The position numbers and the translations under genes were made by a program. Shown here in pieces: positions 14,354 to 24,677 of a stretch of 37,046 nucleotides of DNA (position 1 is its first letter; each line of letters opens with the position of its first letter). This DNA is from a virus (Duplodnaviria; Caudoviricetes): positions 1 to 37,046 of IMG/VR virus record IMGVR_UViG_3300022695_000008, one strand, 5' to 3'. The notes beneath the pieces are model-generated. The model was not told where the DNA came from. It was given only the letters and a program-made list of their open reading frames with translations, and did not search any database.

Positions 14354-16492
14354 ATGGCTGACACATCAAAAGAACGTGAATACGGGCAAAAATGGATGGA
14401 ACGCATCCGGGCGGCACTCGCTCGCGATGAAGAATGGGTAAAGGTGGCGTCCGAAGCTGAAGCCGCTTATTCCGTCCAGTCGAAAGGAAAGTTTTCAGGC
14501 GTCGTGCCTGACTTTAACATCCTGCATTCCAACGTTGAAACCATTGTTCCAGCTATTTACAACAGCACACCGAACCCCGATATTCGGGAAAGATGGGTTG
14601 TTAAGCAGGACGCGCCCGAACCCCTCCAAGGGCCTCTTGGAGATCCGGCGCAGATGGGTCAGGCTCCTAGCCCTGACGCGTCGGGTTTACCCCAACAACA
14701 GCAACAACCACAACAACAGCCAGACGAACCCGAACGCCCCATGAAGATGGTTGCTCAAATGATAGAGCGGGCCATCACCGTACAGATTGACGACAACGCC
14801 CTAGACGCCGAAGTGGAAGACAGCGCACAAGACGCATTCTTAGCAGGCCGTGGTGTGGTTCGCATTCGGCTCGACGCAGACGAAAAAACCCAAGACTATC
14901 TTGAAGACGAAACCCAAGAGCAAGTCACGGTCGAGAATGAAAAGGTTCTGTACGAGGTTGTTCCTTGGAAGGATTATCTCGAAGGCAGCGCCCGCCGGTT
15001 TGAAGCCTTGCCTTGGGTAGCGTTTCGCCATTGGCTCGACCATGAGGCGGTCAGCGCAAAATACAAAGACGCCATTGATACACAAACCGCGCCCGACCAA
15101 AAGGCAAGCACGATGGACGGCGAAGAAACAGGCGACGTTGAGGTGTGGGAGGTCTGGTGCAAAGAGACCAAAAACGTCAAGTTCATCCGCGCCTCCGATG
15201 GCGTCATTCTCGAAACGCTTGAAGACCCGATGGGCCTCACACAGTTTTACCCACACGCCAAACCAGTCGTGCCAATCCGCATTACCAGCAAGCGAACACC
15301 CGTTTGTCCGTACGAGGTATACCGTCACCAAGCCAAAGAACTTGACCGCATCACCAAGCGGATCAACGCAATCCTTGGCGGCCTGAAAGTCAAAGGCGGC
15401 ATTGCTGGCGCAGCGTCTGATATTGCGGCACTGGCAGAAGCTGGCGATAACGAACTCGTGCCAATTCAAAATGTTGAGGGCTTGGCCCAAACCGGCGGAC
15501 TGGACAAGGCAATCGTCTGGTGGCCTGTTGATCAGGCGATCAAGGTGCTGCAACAGCTTTACGTAGCGCGTGACAGCGTCAAGCAAACCATCTATGAAAT
15601 CACCGGCATTAGCGACATTGTGCGTGGTGCAAGCAACGCCCGTGAAACGCTAGGCGCGCAACAGTTGAAGACCCAATGGGGCAGCGTTCGCATTAAGAAA
15701 ATGCAGACCATGATTGAGCGTCAGGTGCGTGATCTGTTTTTCCTCACGGCGGAATGCATTGCCAAGAACTTCACGCTGGAAACCTTGTCGAAAATCACGG
15801 CAATGGAAATCACCGATGAAATGGCGCAAATACTTGAAAGCGGCATCCAGCAGTATCGCATTGACGTTGAAAGCGACAGTACAATCCGCGCTGACCTGTC
15901 ACGCATGAAGGGCGAAATGGCCGAGTTCCTCAAAGGCACCGCATCGTTTTTCCAAACAATGGCTCCGGTTGTTGCGCAGTCGCCTAAGCTGGCCAAGCCG
16001 GTTGTTGACCTGTATTCCAGCTTTGCGCGGGTTTATAACCTTGGCAAGCAGGCCGAAGACGCCATTGAAGAAATGGGCGAGATTGCATCCAAGGAAGCGA
16101 CCCAACCACAACCTAATCCAGCGATGGAAGCCCAAAAGGCTGACGCGGAGGCCAAGAAGGCCGAACTGCAAATGAAGCAGGGCGAGGCCCAAGCCAAGGC
16201 TCAAGAGGCGCAAGCCAAAGGCCAGCTTGAAATGGGTCGTCTGATGCTTGAGAAAGAAAAAACACAGGCAGACCTGCAACTGAAGCAAGAGCAACTAGCG
16301 CAAGCTGATCGTAAAGCACAGACAGACGCGCAACTCAAATCAGACGACTTGCAGATTAAGCAGGCGGAGTTGCAACTTAAATCCATCGACCGCGAGATTA
16401 AACAGGCGGAACTGGACTTTGCCGAGCGCAAAGCAGCGGCGGAACTATTGATTGAACAACAGCAACAACGAGCCGCAAAGATTGGCAACTAA
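14354..16492 (+). CDS. portal protein (P22-like) with C-terminal coiled-coil barrel
   Basis: Follows terL; FNILHSNV, AGRGVVRI, IYEITGISDIVRG, ETLGAQ, YRIDVESDST; Q/K/A-rich tail. Confidence 0.9.
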   Translation: MADTSKEREYGQKWMERIRAALARDEEWVKVASEAEAAYSVQSKGKFSGVVPDFNILHSNVETIVPAIYNSTPNPDIRERWVVKQDAPEPLQGPLGDPAQMGQAPSPDASGLPQQQQQPQQQPDEPERPMKMVAQMIERAITVQIDDNALDAEVEDSAQDAFLAGRGVVRIRLDADEKTQDYLEDETQEQVTVENEKVLYEVVPWKDYLEGSARRFEALPWVAFRHWLDHEAVSAKYKDAIDTQTAPDQKASTMDGEETGDVEVWEVWCKETKNVKFIRASDGVILETLEDPMGLTQFYPHAKPVVPIRITSKRTPVCPYEVYRHQAKELDRITKRINAILGGLKVKGGIAGAASDIAALAEAGDNELVPIQNVEGLAQTGGLDKAIVWWPVDQAIKVLQQLYVARDSVKQTIYEITGISDIVRGASNARETLGAQQLKTQWGSVRIKKMQTMIERQVRDLFFLTAECIAKNFTLETLSKITAMEITDEMAQILESGIQQYRIDVESDSTIRADLSRMKGEMAEFLKGTASFFQTMAPVVAQSPKLAKPVVDLYSSFARVYNLGKQAEDAIEEMGEIASKEATQPQPNPAMEAQKADAEAKKAELQMKQGEAQAKAQEAQAKGQLEMGRLMLEKEKTQADLQLKQEQLAQADRKAQTDAQLKSDDLQIKQAELQLKSIDREIKQAELDFAERKAAAELLIEQQQQRAAKIGN

Positions 16493-17793
16493 TGGGCAGT
16501 TTACGAGACTATTTGAAGTGGGGCGACGCGGGAATATTTAGCCAGCCTATGGCTCGGGGCGGGGTTATCCCAACCGGCATGGACGAGATCGGCAATCCTG
16601 TTTATTCCGAGCGGGGGGGCAACCGGCAATGGACAATGCAACAGCAGAATCCCCCAGCAACCGCACCTAAAGAAACCCGCTCGTTTCTGGATGTTTGGAA
16701 ACAGGACCACTCCAACACAACACCTCTTGCCGCCGCGCTATCTAAAGCCCCCGCTGTTGCCAATGTAATGACTTCTGGGTTTCAGGCTCCGGGCAAGGCA
16801 CTGGCTGGCGAAGATACCACATTGGGCGACGTGTACGACACGGCGTTCTCGACAGCGCTAGGCGCAGGAGTGGGGCGCGGGGCTATTGGCGCGGAGCAAG
16901 GTGGCGGCGTGACGCTGAATTCATTAGCTGGTATTGGGTCGTTGACAGCGGATCGAAAGGCTCTGAAAACGGCCGAATACATGGAAAAGTCGGGGTATAC
17001 TCCCAAAGACATAACGCAGGCAACAGGCTGGCACAGGCTTCAAAACGGCGCTTGGGCTTACGAAATATCAGACGCCGACGCTAAGTTCAAAAACTGGCCC
17101 ATTTCGCACAAGGCACAAACACTTGGCGACGTGTTTGACCATCCCAACCTTTTCAAAGCCTACCCAGACATGGCTAACGTGCCTCTGAAAAACATCAGAA
17201 ATTGGCGGAATAATATAAGCGGCTTGAATGGTTACTATCAGCCTAAAACGCCAAGCTCTATACTAGGGCGCAAACTGCCGAGAAACGAACTTATTGCGGT
17301 GAATGCCAAGCGCGGCTGGACCGCCAAGGGCAGAAAGAAAGCAATGGAAGACGCGATGGATATAGTAATCCATGAGGGCCAACACCGCATCGAGAATGTG
17401 GAGCGGTTTCCGTCTGGTAGCAGCCCCGAAATTATGGCGGACTTCCTGCACGATCCAGCCCTGAAAGGCGTCTCTAGGAATAACGCTTATTTCTGGACCG
17501 CTGGGGAGGTTAACGCCCGCTTGGCTACAGCGCGGCGCAAACTAACTGCACACGAATTGCGATTTAAGCACACGCTAGACCCGAACCAAGCTGGAAGCCC
17601 GTATCAATACGAAAACGACTTCAACGGGTCAATCGTGCCAAGCACACAGGCCGTTGACGCGTCTATTGCGGGCAAGAACATTCGCAAGCTAAAAAACATC
17701 GTTAAGTGGGGCCGAACGCCTGCCAATCTCAACACCGAAGAGGCGTACCAAAACTATCTCGCTAACCATGAGAAATACTTGGGGGCGAAATGA
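16492..17793 (+). CDS. LPD23 (large polyvalent protein domain) zincin-like protein
   Basis: TGW....GAWAYEISD, LGDVFDHPNLFKAYP, HEGQH (HExxH), AGEVNAR. Confidence 0.75.
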   Translation: MGSLRDYLKWGDAGIFSQPMARGGVIPTGMDEIGNPVYSERGGNRQWTMQQQNPPATAPKETRSFLDVWKQDHSNTTPLAAALSKAPAVANVMTSGFQAPGKALAGEDTTLGDVYDTAFSTALGAGVGRGAIGAEQGGGVTLNSLAGIGSLTADRKALKTAEYMEKSGYTPKDITQATGWHRLQNGAWAYEISDADAKFKNWPISHKAQTLGDVFDHPNLFKAYPDMANVPLKNIRNWRNNISGLNGYYQPKTPSSILGRKLPRNELIAVNAKRGWTAKGRKKAMEDAMDIVIHEGQHRIENVERFPSGSSPEIMADFLHDPALKGVSRNNAYFWTAGEVNARLATARRKLTAHELRFKHTLDPNQAGSPYQYENDFNGSIVPSTQAVDASIAGKNIRKLKNIVKWGRTPANLNTEEAYQNYLANHEKYLGAK

Positions 17794-18146
17794 CAACATA
17801 CGTGTACAAGAACGGCGTGGCGGTGGATAAAGCAACGGGCGAACCAATGCTTACAGCGGAGGACAAAGCCAAGCCAGTAGGCATGCCAATGGTCATGGGT
17901 TTTCAGGCTTACACCTGCCCGATAACAGGCAAGCCCATCTCCACATTGCAGCAACATAACGACAACTTGAAAAAGCATAATTGCGTTGAGGCCCTAGAGG
18001 TCAACAGGTCCGGCGCAACTAACGGCGAAATACGCAACGCGCGGTTCGCCAAAAAGCGCGGCTTGGAATTGTCCAGCCGGTACAAAGACGAGGCGTGGTC
18101 GCCCAAAGGAGCTAAAGAAAATGGACAACGAGCAGCAATCGGTTGA
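17790..18146 (+). CDS. hypothetical protein of the head module
   Basis: YTCPITGKPI...H....KKHNCVE motif; coupled between LPD23 and scaffold. Confidence 0.75.
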   Translation: MTTYVYKNGVAVDKATGEPMLTAEDKAKPVGMPMVMGFQAYTCPITGKPISTLQQHNDNLKKHNCVEALEVNRSGATNGEIRNARFAKKRGLELSSRYKDEAWSPKGAKENGQRAAIG

Positions 18147-19266
18147 GCCGGAAGTCACAGAGGCCGTAGTATTCGAGCCTGTAGTTGAAGAAACTCAGGC
18201 CGAAACAGAACAACCAGTCGAGCAATCAGAAGACGACAAGCTGGGTGATCTGTACGACAAGGCAATGAAAGGCCACGAGCCGACCGAGCGCCTACGCGGT
18301 CAAGACGGTAAATTCGTGTCTGACAAACCAGCCGAAGCCGAACCTGAAACGGACGAACAGGGAGATGCCGAAGATGGCGAAGCCGTACCTGAAACCGATG
18401 AAGACGAAGCCGAGCAAGAACCGGAAGCTTCTGAGGCCCCCGGTCACTTGCCGCAAGAGGTTCGCCAACACTGGAATGAAATTCCTGCGGAAGCTCGTGA
18501 TGCGATAGCCAGATCCCAATCGGAAATGTCCAGCAAACTTGCGGACGCCGGTCGGCAAATGCAGGGCATCGCGCCTATTCGTGACGGCCTAATGTCAATG
18601 GCACAAGAATTCCCCGAACTAATGAATATGACGCCAGAAGCCATTATGGCCGATACGCGCGAGTTAGCAACAACGCGGGTCCAGCTTATGCGAGACCCGG
18701 TTAACACGCTGTTGTCGGTAGCTCGACAGCTTGGCGCGTTGCCAAAAATGCAAGAGGCGTTGCAATACGCCACACCGGAAAGCCTCATGTCACAGGCCCC
18801 TATGCAAGGACAGCAGCAGGCTTTCCAGCCGCAACCACAACCACAGCAAGCGCAGCCGTTGCAAAATCAACAACAACCTGCTAATGTTGAGGCGATCGTA
18901 CAAGACGCTTTAGACCAAAGGGACGTACAAGAGGCACTAGCTTCTTTCCCCGAAGGCAAGCAGCATTGGGCTACTGTTGAACCACACATGCCCCGATTTG
19001 TTGAAGCGGCTTGGGCAATTAAAGGTGAAGGGGCGTCGTATCGCGCCGTTCTCGACACCGCATATAACATGGCTACAGCCGAGCTTGGCTTAATGGCAGA
19101 TAAACAAGCGTCCCCTGCGAAGGCGGCGCCGAAAACATCTCCCAAGCGGACAGAGGCGGTTATTAGAGCTAAATCCGTAAATGTGTCATCAAGGGCAGGT
19201 AACTCCAAGCCCAAAAGCGAAATGGATGCCCTATCAGAGGCATATGATCGCATGATGACCGGCTAA
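18121..19266 (+). CDS. capsid scaffolding protein
   Basis: Acidic N-terminus, RGQDGKF motif, helical body, immediately upstream of the capsid gene. Confidence 0.75.
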   Translation: MDNEQQSVEPEVTEAVVFEPVVEETQAETEQPVEQSEDDKLGDLYDKAMKGHEPTERLRGQDGKFVSDKPAEAEPETDEQGDAEDGEAVPETDEDEAEQEPEASEAPGHLPQEVRQHWNEIPAEARDAIARSQSEMSSKLADAGRQMQGIAPIRDGLMSMAQEFPELMNMTPEAIMADTRELATTRVQLMRDPVNTLLSVARQLGALPKMQEALQYATPESLMSQAPMQGQQQAFQPQPQPQQAQPLQNQQQPANVEAIVQDALDQRDVQEALASFPEGKQHWATVEPHMPRFVEAAWAIKGEGASYRAVLDTAYNMATAELGLMADKQASPAKAAPKTSPKRTEAVIRAKSVNVSSRAGNSKPKSEMDALSEAYDRMMTG

Positions 19267-19280
19267 GTAAAGGACATTAG

Positions 19281-20249
19281 ATGGCTACTCCATCCTCAGT
19301 GTTCACGGAGATGGTAACCACCACAGACCGTAACTGGTCGACCAAGGTTACTGACAATGTGAGCAATCACAATCAGTTCTTGCGCCGTTTGAAGGCCAAG
19401 GGCAAGATTGTTACAGAAAGCGGCGGTTATGAAATCGCCCGGCCTATTGAATACGCAGAAAATGGCACGTATCAACGTTATAGCGGCTATGAGCAGCTGA
19501 ACACCGATGCATCCGATGTTCTGTCGACAGTCAAGTACGACTGGCAACAGGTCGCTCTGCACGTCACCGCATCAGGTCGCGAAGTCAAGATGAACATGGG
19601 TTCGAAAGAGCGCATGATTAACTTGGTTAAGTCTCGCAAGGACAACGCCCTGCGCACCGCCGCAAACCAGTTCTCAATTGATCTGTATTCTGACGGCGCA
19701 TTGGCAAACCAGATCGGCGGCTTGGCACACATCGTGCAGACAGCAGGCACCGGCACCGTTGGTGGCATTGACAGCTCCACATTCACAATGTGGCAGAACC
19801 AATACCGCGAAGCAACCGGCACCGACGCTTACACCTCCGCAACCTTCAAAAACGAGATGGGCAAGCTTTGGCTACCGCTCAATCGTGGCGCTGATAAACC
19901 GGATTGTATTGTAATGTCTCACGACTTCTACAGTGTGTTTGAGTCCGGGATTGAAGACCGCGCCCGCTATACCGACGCATCGAGCGCCGGTGAAGGCTTC
20001 ACCTCGTTGAAGTACAAAGATGCAGACGTATTCTTTGACGACAACACCAACTTCTCGACCACGGCTGAAAAAGCTTACTTCCTGAACACTGACTTCCTTT
20101 ACGTTGTTCAGCACAAGGAAGCCGCTTGGACACCTGACACCGAGAAAACGCCAACCAATCAAGACGCGATTGTGGTGCCGATCTACTGGATGGGCAACAT
20201 GGTTTGTACGCAGCGCTCGCTGCAAGGCGTTCTGATTGACGCAGTGTAA
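19281..20249 (+). CDS. major capsid protein
   Basis: 322 aa, AAGGA RBS; EMVTTT.R......DNVSNHN, SGG.EI..PIEYAEN; position after scaffold. Confidence 0.88.
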   Translation: MATPSSVFTEMVTTTDRNWSTKVTDNVSNHNQFLRRLKAKGKIVTESGGYEIARPIEYAENGTYQRYSGYEQLNTDASDVLSTVKYDWQQVALHVTASGREVKMNMGSKERMINLVKSRKDNALRTAANQFSIDLYSDGALANQIGGLAHIVQTAGTGTVGGIDSSTFTMWQNQYREATGTDAYTSATFKNEMGKLWLPLNRGADKPDCIVMSHDFYSVFESGIEDRARYTDASSAGEGFTSLKYKDADVFFDDNTNFSTTAEKAYFLNTDFLYVVQHKEAAWTPDTEKTPTNQDAIVVPIYWMGNMVCTQRSLQGVLIDAV

Positions 20250-20261
20250 GGAGTACATGAT

Positions 20262-20726
20262 ATGATTGGTGCTAATCTCACCCGGACTTACACATCCGCA
20301 CAGCTGACCGAAGGCAACTCGCCGGGCGTTGGTGACCACTACGAGGACAAGGACGGCAAAAAGTACAAGTTCGTTCTGTTCAACAACGGCGTGGGCAACG
20401 TGGCAGCAGTAGCGGGCAACTTCGCCTATTACTACCTTGCAACGGGCCATTCGACCAGCACAGTGACTTCTGACTTGTCAGACAGCGTTAATATTGGGGC
20501 TGGTGTTTTCCAAGCCGCGATTGCAGACGGCAGTTACGGCTGGATCCAAATCGCTGGTACGGCAACTCTGACAACGGCTCTTACAGCCGGTGCAGACGGT
20601 AACGCCTTGACCGCAGTTGGCGCAACAGACGGGACGCTCGACGTTTCCGCCCTTGTGACCGATACGATTTGCGCGGTGGCTGACGATGCCTCTGCCAAGA
20701 TTGTGTCCCTCTGTTGCCCTTGGTAA
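20262..20726 (+). CDS. capsid cement/decoration protein
   Basis: Small A/G/T-rich beta-type protein right after the capsid gene; YGWIQIAG motif. Confidence 0.7.
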   Translation: MIGANLTRTYTSAQLTEGNSPGVGDHYEDKDGKKYKFVLFNNGVGNVAAVAGNFAYYYLATGHSTSTVTSDLSDSVNIGAGVFQAAIADGSYGWIQIAGTATLTTALTAGADGNALTAVGATDGTLDVSALVTDTICAVADDASAKIVSLCCPW

Positions 20727-20744
20727 TAGTGTAACTACAAAAAC

Positions 20745-20769
20745 GGGGCGGGCTGTAATGGCCCGTCTC
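20745..20769. terminator. hairpin after the capsid/decoration genes
   Basis: GGGGCGGGC-TGTAATG-GCCCGTCTC stem with G-U pairs; no plus-strand U-tract. Confidence 0.45.
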
Positions 20770-20797
20770 ACAACGTAACTTCCATCAAGAGGCCAAA

Positions 20798-21394
20798 ATG
20801 GACATTCGAGTTTTACAAATCGAGAAACGATATAACAAGGGCAAGGAAGAGCATTGGCTGTTGTACGCCCCCGCCGGAAACATTCAAAACTGCCAAACGT
20901 GGGAAAACGTCAAGCGCCTAATGCCACCAGCTGAAGACAGCGACGAAGAAGAAGAAATGCAGCGCCGCAATCCCGCCGGATCTAAACTGTTTCATATGCG
21001 GGCGATCTGGTCAGTAATCGGGCCTCACTACGAGGCTTGGCTCAACGGCGAAAAGGTCACCGAAGAGGGCGTTCCGCTTGACGCATGGGCAGGGGCTAAC
21101 GCCTCACAGGTCAAGATGCTGAAACGCGCGGGCATTCATACGGTTGAACATCTAGCGGCCGCAAGCGAAGGCCAAATGAGCAAGGTGAATTTGCCGGACC
21201 TGCGCGACCTCAAGCGACGCGCCGCGACCTTCATTGAAAGCGCAGACAAAACAGAACTGGCGGACAAGGTAGCAGAAAGCAACGACAAGCTTGACGCGGC
21301 ACTGGACGTTATCGCAGAAATGCAGGCAAAACTAAACGCTATGGAAAAGCCACAAGCGAAGCCCAAAGCAAAGGCGGCTAAAGAAGCAGCATGA
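20798..21394 (+). CDS. hypothetical protein with helix-hairpin-helix-like motif and coiled-coil tail
   Basis: LKRAGIHTVEHLAAAS resembles HhH repeats of the RadA N-terminal domain or NusA C-terminal domain. Confidence 0.7.
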   Translation: MDIRVLQIEKRYNKGKEEHWLLYAPAGNIQNCQTWENVKRLMPPAEDSDEEEEMQRRNPAGSKLFHMRAIWSVIGPHYEAWLNGEKVTEEGVPLDAWAGANASQVKMLKRAGIHTVEHLAAASEGQMSKVNLPDLRDLKRRAATFIESADKTELADKVAESNDKLDAALDVIAEMQAKLNAMEKPQAKPKAKAAKEAA

Positions 21395-22113
21395 CAAAAA
21401 TTACCGATATTCTTGACCGCGTTGCACGCCGTTGCAGCGTACCAGCACAAACCACTTGGCTGACCGCATCCAATGGCGGCGCGGTGGAACTTCGGGATGA
21501 TTATTTGCCGCAATGCGTTGATGAACTTGCCAAACGGCACGATTGGGCAGACCCCATTTCAAAGACGCAAAGTATCACTGGATCAGGCGCTACGAATTAC
21601 GCATTGAACGCGGATTTTAAGCGCCTGTCCGATGGTGAGTTGGCGGTATACGAAACCACGACTACGCGCCGGAAAGTATTTCCGGTAACGAGCGACGGAT
21701 ACTGGACCCACCTCAACGACATTGGCTCGGCAGGTGGGGATCGGTACTATCGGCTCAAGGGATATGAGGGCGCGTTTACGATGGACTTTTTCCGCGCCCC
21801 TGCGACCAGTGATAGCATCACGGTCCACTATGTCAGCACTGATTGGATGAAGTCGAGCGCAGGCACGGCGGGCAAGGCGTTTACTGACGCAGACGATGTT
21901 GTGTTGTTTCCTCGCCGCATCATGGAAACCTATATGATTTTCCAGTTTCGCAAGGACCACGGGCTGGACTTCGCCAACGAGGAAAGCGATTACGAACGCT
22001 TTATGGCAACCGAACTTAACCGCGACAGAGGCATTTACACTGTGGCGTTCGGCGAAAAGCCAATCAAGTCGTTTCGTGATATTCCCGTTCCATCGTTCAT
22101 ACCCTCTAGCTAA
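21391..22113 (+). CDS. head-to-tail adaptor
   Basis: Position between head and tail hub genes; HDW, YALNADF pattern. Confidence 0.65.
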   Translation: MTKITDILDRVARRCSVPAQTTWLTASNGGAVELRDDYLPQCVDELAKRHDWADPISKTQSITGSGATNYALNADFKRLSDGELAVYETTTTRRKVFPVTSDGYWTHLNDIGSAGGDRYYRLKGYEGAFTMDFFRAPATSDSITVHYVSTDWMKSSAGTAGKAFTDADDVVLFPRRIMETYMIFQFRKDHGLDFANEESDYERFMATELNRDRGIYTVAFGEKPIKSFRDIPVPSFIPSS

Positions 22114-22612
22114 CGTTGTATCGGAGTTGTTTTATAGGATGGTAACCAAGATCGCGGTACTTACTGGCAGTAACGTAGGCCATACGAGCGTGTTCGGCGT
22201 CGGTAAACACGCCCAATGTTACTGTGCGACCGCCAAACCTAATATCTGCCGTGTATTTGGAAAGCCTAGCGTTCCATCTCACGCCTTTAATCCCCGTCTT
22301 ATTATTCGATCTCGCTACGGTGTTCCATTGGTTTACCTCTTGCGACACGTCACGCAAGTTGCAAAGTCTGTTGTCGTCCCTAATGCGATTTATATGGTCA
22401 ATCTGGCCTTCCGGCCATTTGCCGTGTGTAATCAGCCAAGCAATGCGGTGCGCTTTGTACCGCTTTTTTCTAAAAGATATGGCTCTATATCCCTTGGCCT
22501 CTATAGTCCCGGCCACAGAACCCAACACCGTTCTAGGTCCGCTCTTGCGTTTCCATCTGATAACCCCGGTTTGGGGGTCATAATCGAAAAAGTCTGTAAA
22601 ATCATGTATCAT
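22106..22612 (-). mobile_element. free-standing HNH-AP2 homing endonuclease
   Basis: YDPQTG, AHRIAW, IDHINRIRDDNRLCNLR (HNH), then N.TGIKGV.W...LGVF...E.A..AY (AP2). Confidence 0.92.
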
Positions 22613-22647
22613 AGAAGTTCATATATCAAATCAGGCGGGTATGCGCA

Positions 22648-24198
22648 ATGCTGACACGCTCCAAACCTACTAAGACCCGCGTAAAACAGGTTACGTTCCC
22701 GTCGCCCAAGCGCGGGTGGATACAGAATGACAAGCTGGTCGGCGGTATTACAGACGGCGCAGAGGTGCTTGATAATATCTTCCCGACAGCGCAGGGCGGA
22801 CGCATCCGCAAAGGTAGCAGCAAACACGCTACTGTGGGCGGCGCGGTCAAAAAGGTCTTCACATGGTCGGGCGGCGCAAGCGAAAAGATGTTTGCATCAA
22901 CAGCCAGCGCTATCTATGAGATAAGCGCACCAGCGGACCCAGACGTTGCCCCAACAGCGGACCTCACCGGGCTAACTAGCGGCGATTGGTCGGTGACACA
23001 GTTTGCCACGGCGGGCGGTGAATACATCGTGTTGTCGAACGGCTTTGACAGCGTACGCGAGTATGACGGCACAACATGGACCACTCCCACAATCACGGGC
23101 GTGCCCAGTGCTACCCTGACCCAATCGTGGCCTTTTAAATCGCGGCTGATGTTTATTGAGGATGACAGCCTGTCGTTTTGGTATTTGGCGACAAACAGCA
23201 TATCGGGCGCAGCGACTGAGTTCCCCTTGAAGGGTATTTTCCACCTCGGCGGAAAGCTGTTGTTCGGGGCTACATGGTCAATAGACAGCGGGTCCGGCAT
23301 TGATGACGTGTGCGTGTTGGTGACCGACAAGGGCGAGATTGCTGTATACAACGGCACTGACCCCAGCGTGGCGTCCTCTTGGCTGTTGCAGGGCGTTTAT
23401 CGAATTGGTGTGCCGCTCAATAAAAACGCATGGTTCAAGGCGGGTGGCGATTTGGCAATCCTCACAGAAGACGGGATTGTGCCGCTTTCGTCTGCACTTA
23501 AGAAAGATCGCGCGGCGATCCAAGCTGACGCGCTGACATACCCCATTGAGGACGTTTGGCGGGACGCCATTGCCAACAGGGTTGGGGCGTTCGCTTTTAG
23601 TGCTACCTTGTGGCAATCGCAATCTATGCTTGTTGTGGGCGCTCCTGCGAATTCTGCGGGCGTTTCCGTTGCATATGTAAGCAATGCACGTACAGGCGCT
23701 TGGTGCCGCTATACGGGATGGGACGTGCAGACCTCCGCCGTGTTTGGTGACGAACTTTACTTCGGCACAGCAGCGGGAACTGTACTTAAAGCGGAGGCCA
23801 CAGGGGCCGACGATACCGTGGCATACGTCGCGCTTTGGATACCGCGCTTTGCAGAAGGTTCGCCAACCACGAAGTTTGCCAAGAACGTTCGGTTCAGAGG
23901 ACGGGCGGCGGAAAGCTACGAGATTGGCTTGGCGGCGTTCTCCGATTACATCACAAACGATATAACCACTCCAGCCGCGTCTGCCACAGGTGACCCGAAC
24001 TCGTGGGGTTCTGGAGTGTGGGGAACTATGGTTTGGGGTGCAGGCGTGTCTAAGACGCATGTGTCCGGCTGGTCGGCGGTGTACGCCAACGGGGTTTCTC
24101 TATCACCGGGCATTGCCATAACTTCTAACCGGCCCACCAGCCCAACGCTTGATTTTATCGCGCTGGACATGACGTACGAGGAAGGCCGAGTTTTGTGA
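22648..24198 (+). CDS. tail hub / packaged-DNA stabilisation protein (P22 gp10 / T7 gp12-like)
   Basis: 516-aa beta-rich protein with A.VLDNIFPT....IRKG; position in the tail module. Confidence 0.8.
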   Translation: MLTRSKPTKTRVKQVTFPSPKRGWIQNDKLVGGITDGAEVLDNIFPTAQGGRIRKGSSKHATVGGAVKKVFTWSGGASEKMFASTASAIYEISAPADPDVAPTADLTGLTSGDWSVTQFATAGGEYIVLSNGFDSVREYDGTTWTTPTITGVPSATLTQSWPFKSRLMFIEDDSLSFWYLATNSISGAATEFPLKGIFHLGGKLLFGATWSIDSGSGIDDVCVLVTDKGEIAVYNGTDPSVASSWLLQGVYRIGVPLNKNAWFKAGGDLAILTEDGIVPLSSALKKDRAAIQADALTYPIEDVWRDAIANRVGAFAFSATLWQSQSMLVVGAPANSAGVSVAYVSNARTGAWCRYTGWDVQTSAVFGDELYFGTAAGTVLKAEATGADDTVAYVALWIPRFAEGSPTTKFAKNVRFRGRAAESYEIGLAAFSDYITNDITTPAASATGDPNSWGSGVWGTMVWGAGVSKTHVSGWSAVYANGVSLSPGIAITSNRPTSPTLDFIALDMTYEEGRVL

Positions 24199-24653
24199 TC
24201 CGCTTTACCAAGCACGGTGACTTATACCATGACGCGCATCTAGAATGGTTACGGGTGCAGCTTGGATACGATAGGGGCTGGTCGCCTAAGTCAACGGTAA
24301 CGATGGGCCGGTATAAAGGCCACGAACTAATCGCGGTGGTGGTGTACCATGACTATTGCCCCGAATACCAATCCATCAGTATGTCAGCCGCCGCAACGGA
24401 TAGGCGCTGGCTAAACCGTGAAACCCTCTATAAAATGCACCGATACCCGTTTGAAGATGCCGGTTGCCGGATTGCCGTGTTACAGGTCTCGGAATACAAC
24501 GACACGATGCTGTCGATTGCGGAGCGTTTTGGCTACGAATTAACGCGGGTGCCAAATTTACGCGGGCCGCAAGAGGCTGAGATTGTGTGTATACTGTGTA
24601 AAGACACATGGCTGGCCAACAAGGCAACAAGCACATACCTTGCAAAAAACTGA
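24195..24653 (+). CDS. GNAT-fold acetyltransferase-like virion assembly protein
   Basis: RYPFE..GC, VSEYN....IAERFGY motif; position before the ejection proteins. Confidence 0.75.
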   Translation: MIRFTKHGDLYHDAHLEWLRVQLGYDRGWSPKSTVTMGRYKGHELIAVVVYHDYCPEYQSISMSAAATDRRWLNRETLYKMHRYPFEDAGCRIAVLQVSEYNDTMLSIAERFGYELTRVPNLRGPQEAEIVCILCKDTWLANKATSTYLAKN

Positions 24654-24668
24654 TACCCCTGCTATTAT
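24640..24668 (+). promoter_or_regulatory. sigma70-type promoter with extended -10 upstream of the ejection genes
   Basis: TTGCAA, 17-nt spacer, TATTAT, preceded by TGn. Confidence 0.6.
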
Positions 24669-24677
24669 GCCCTAAAT

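Noticed and set aside
14840-15586. 248-aa antisense ORF
   Set aside because: Shadow frame of the portal gene with no recognisable motifs.
22076-22654. 192-aa plus-strand ORF or group I intron bridging adaptor and tail genes
   Set aside because: It is the antisense of a clear HNH gene, both neighbours appear intact, and no intron core was recognised.
23278-24060. 260-aa antisense ORF
   Set aside because: Shadow frame of the tail hub gene with non-protein-like composition.
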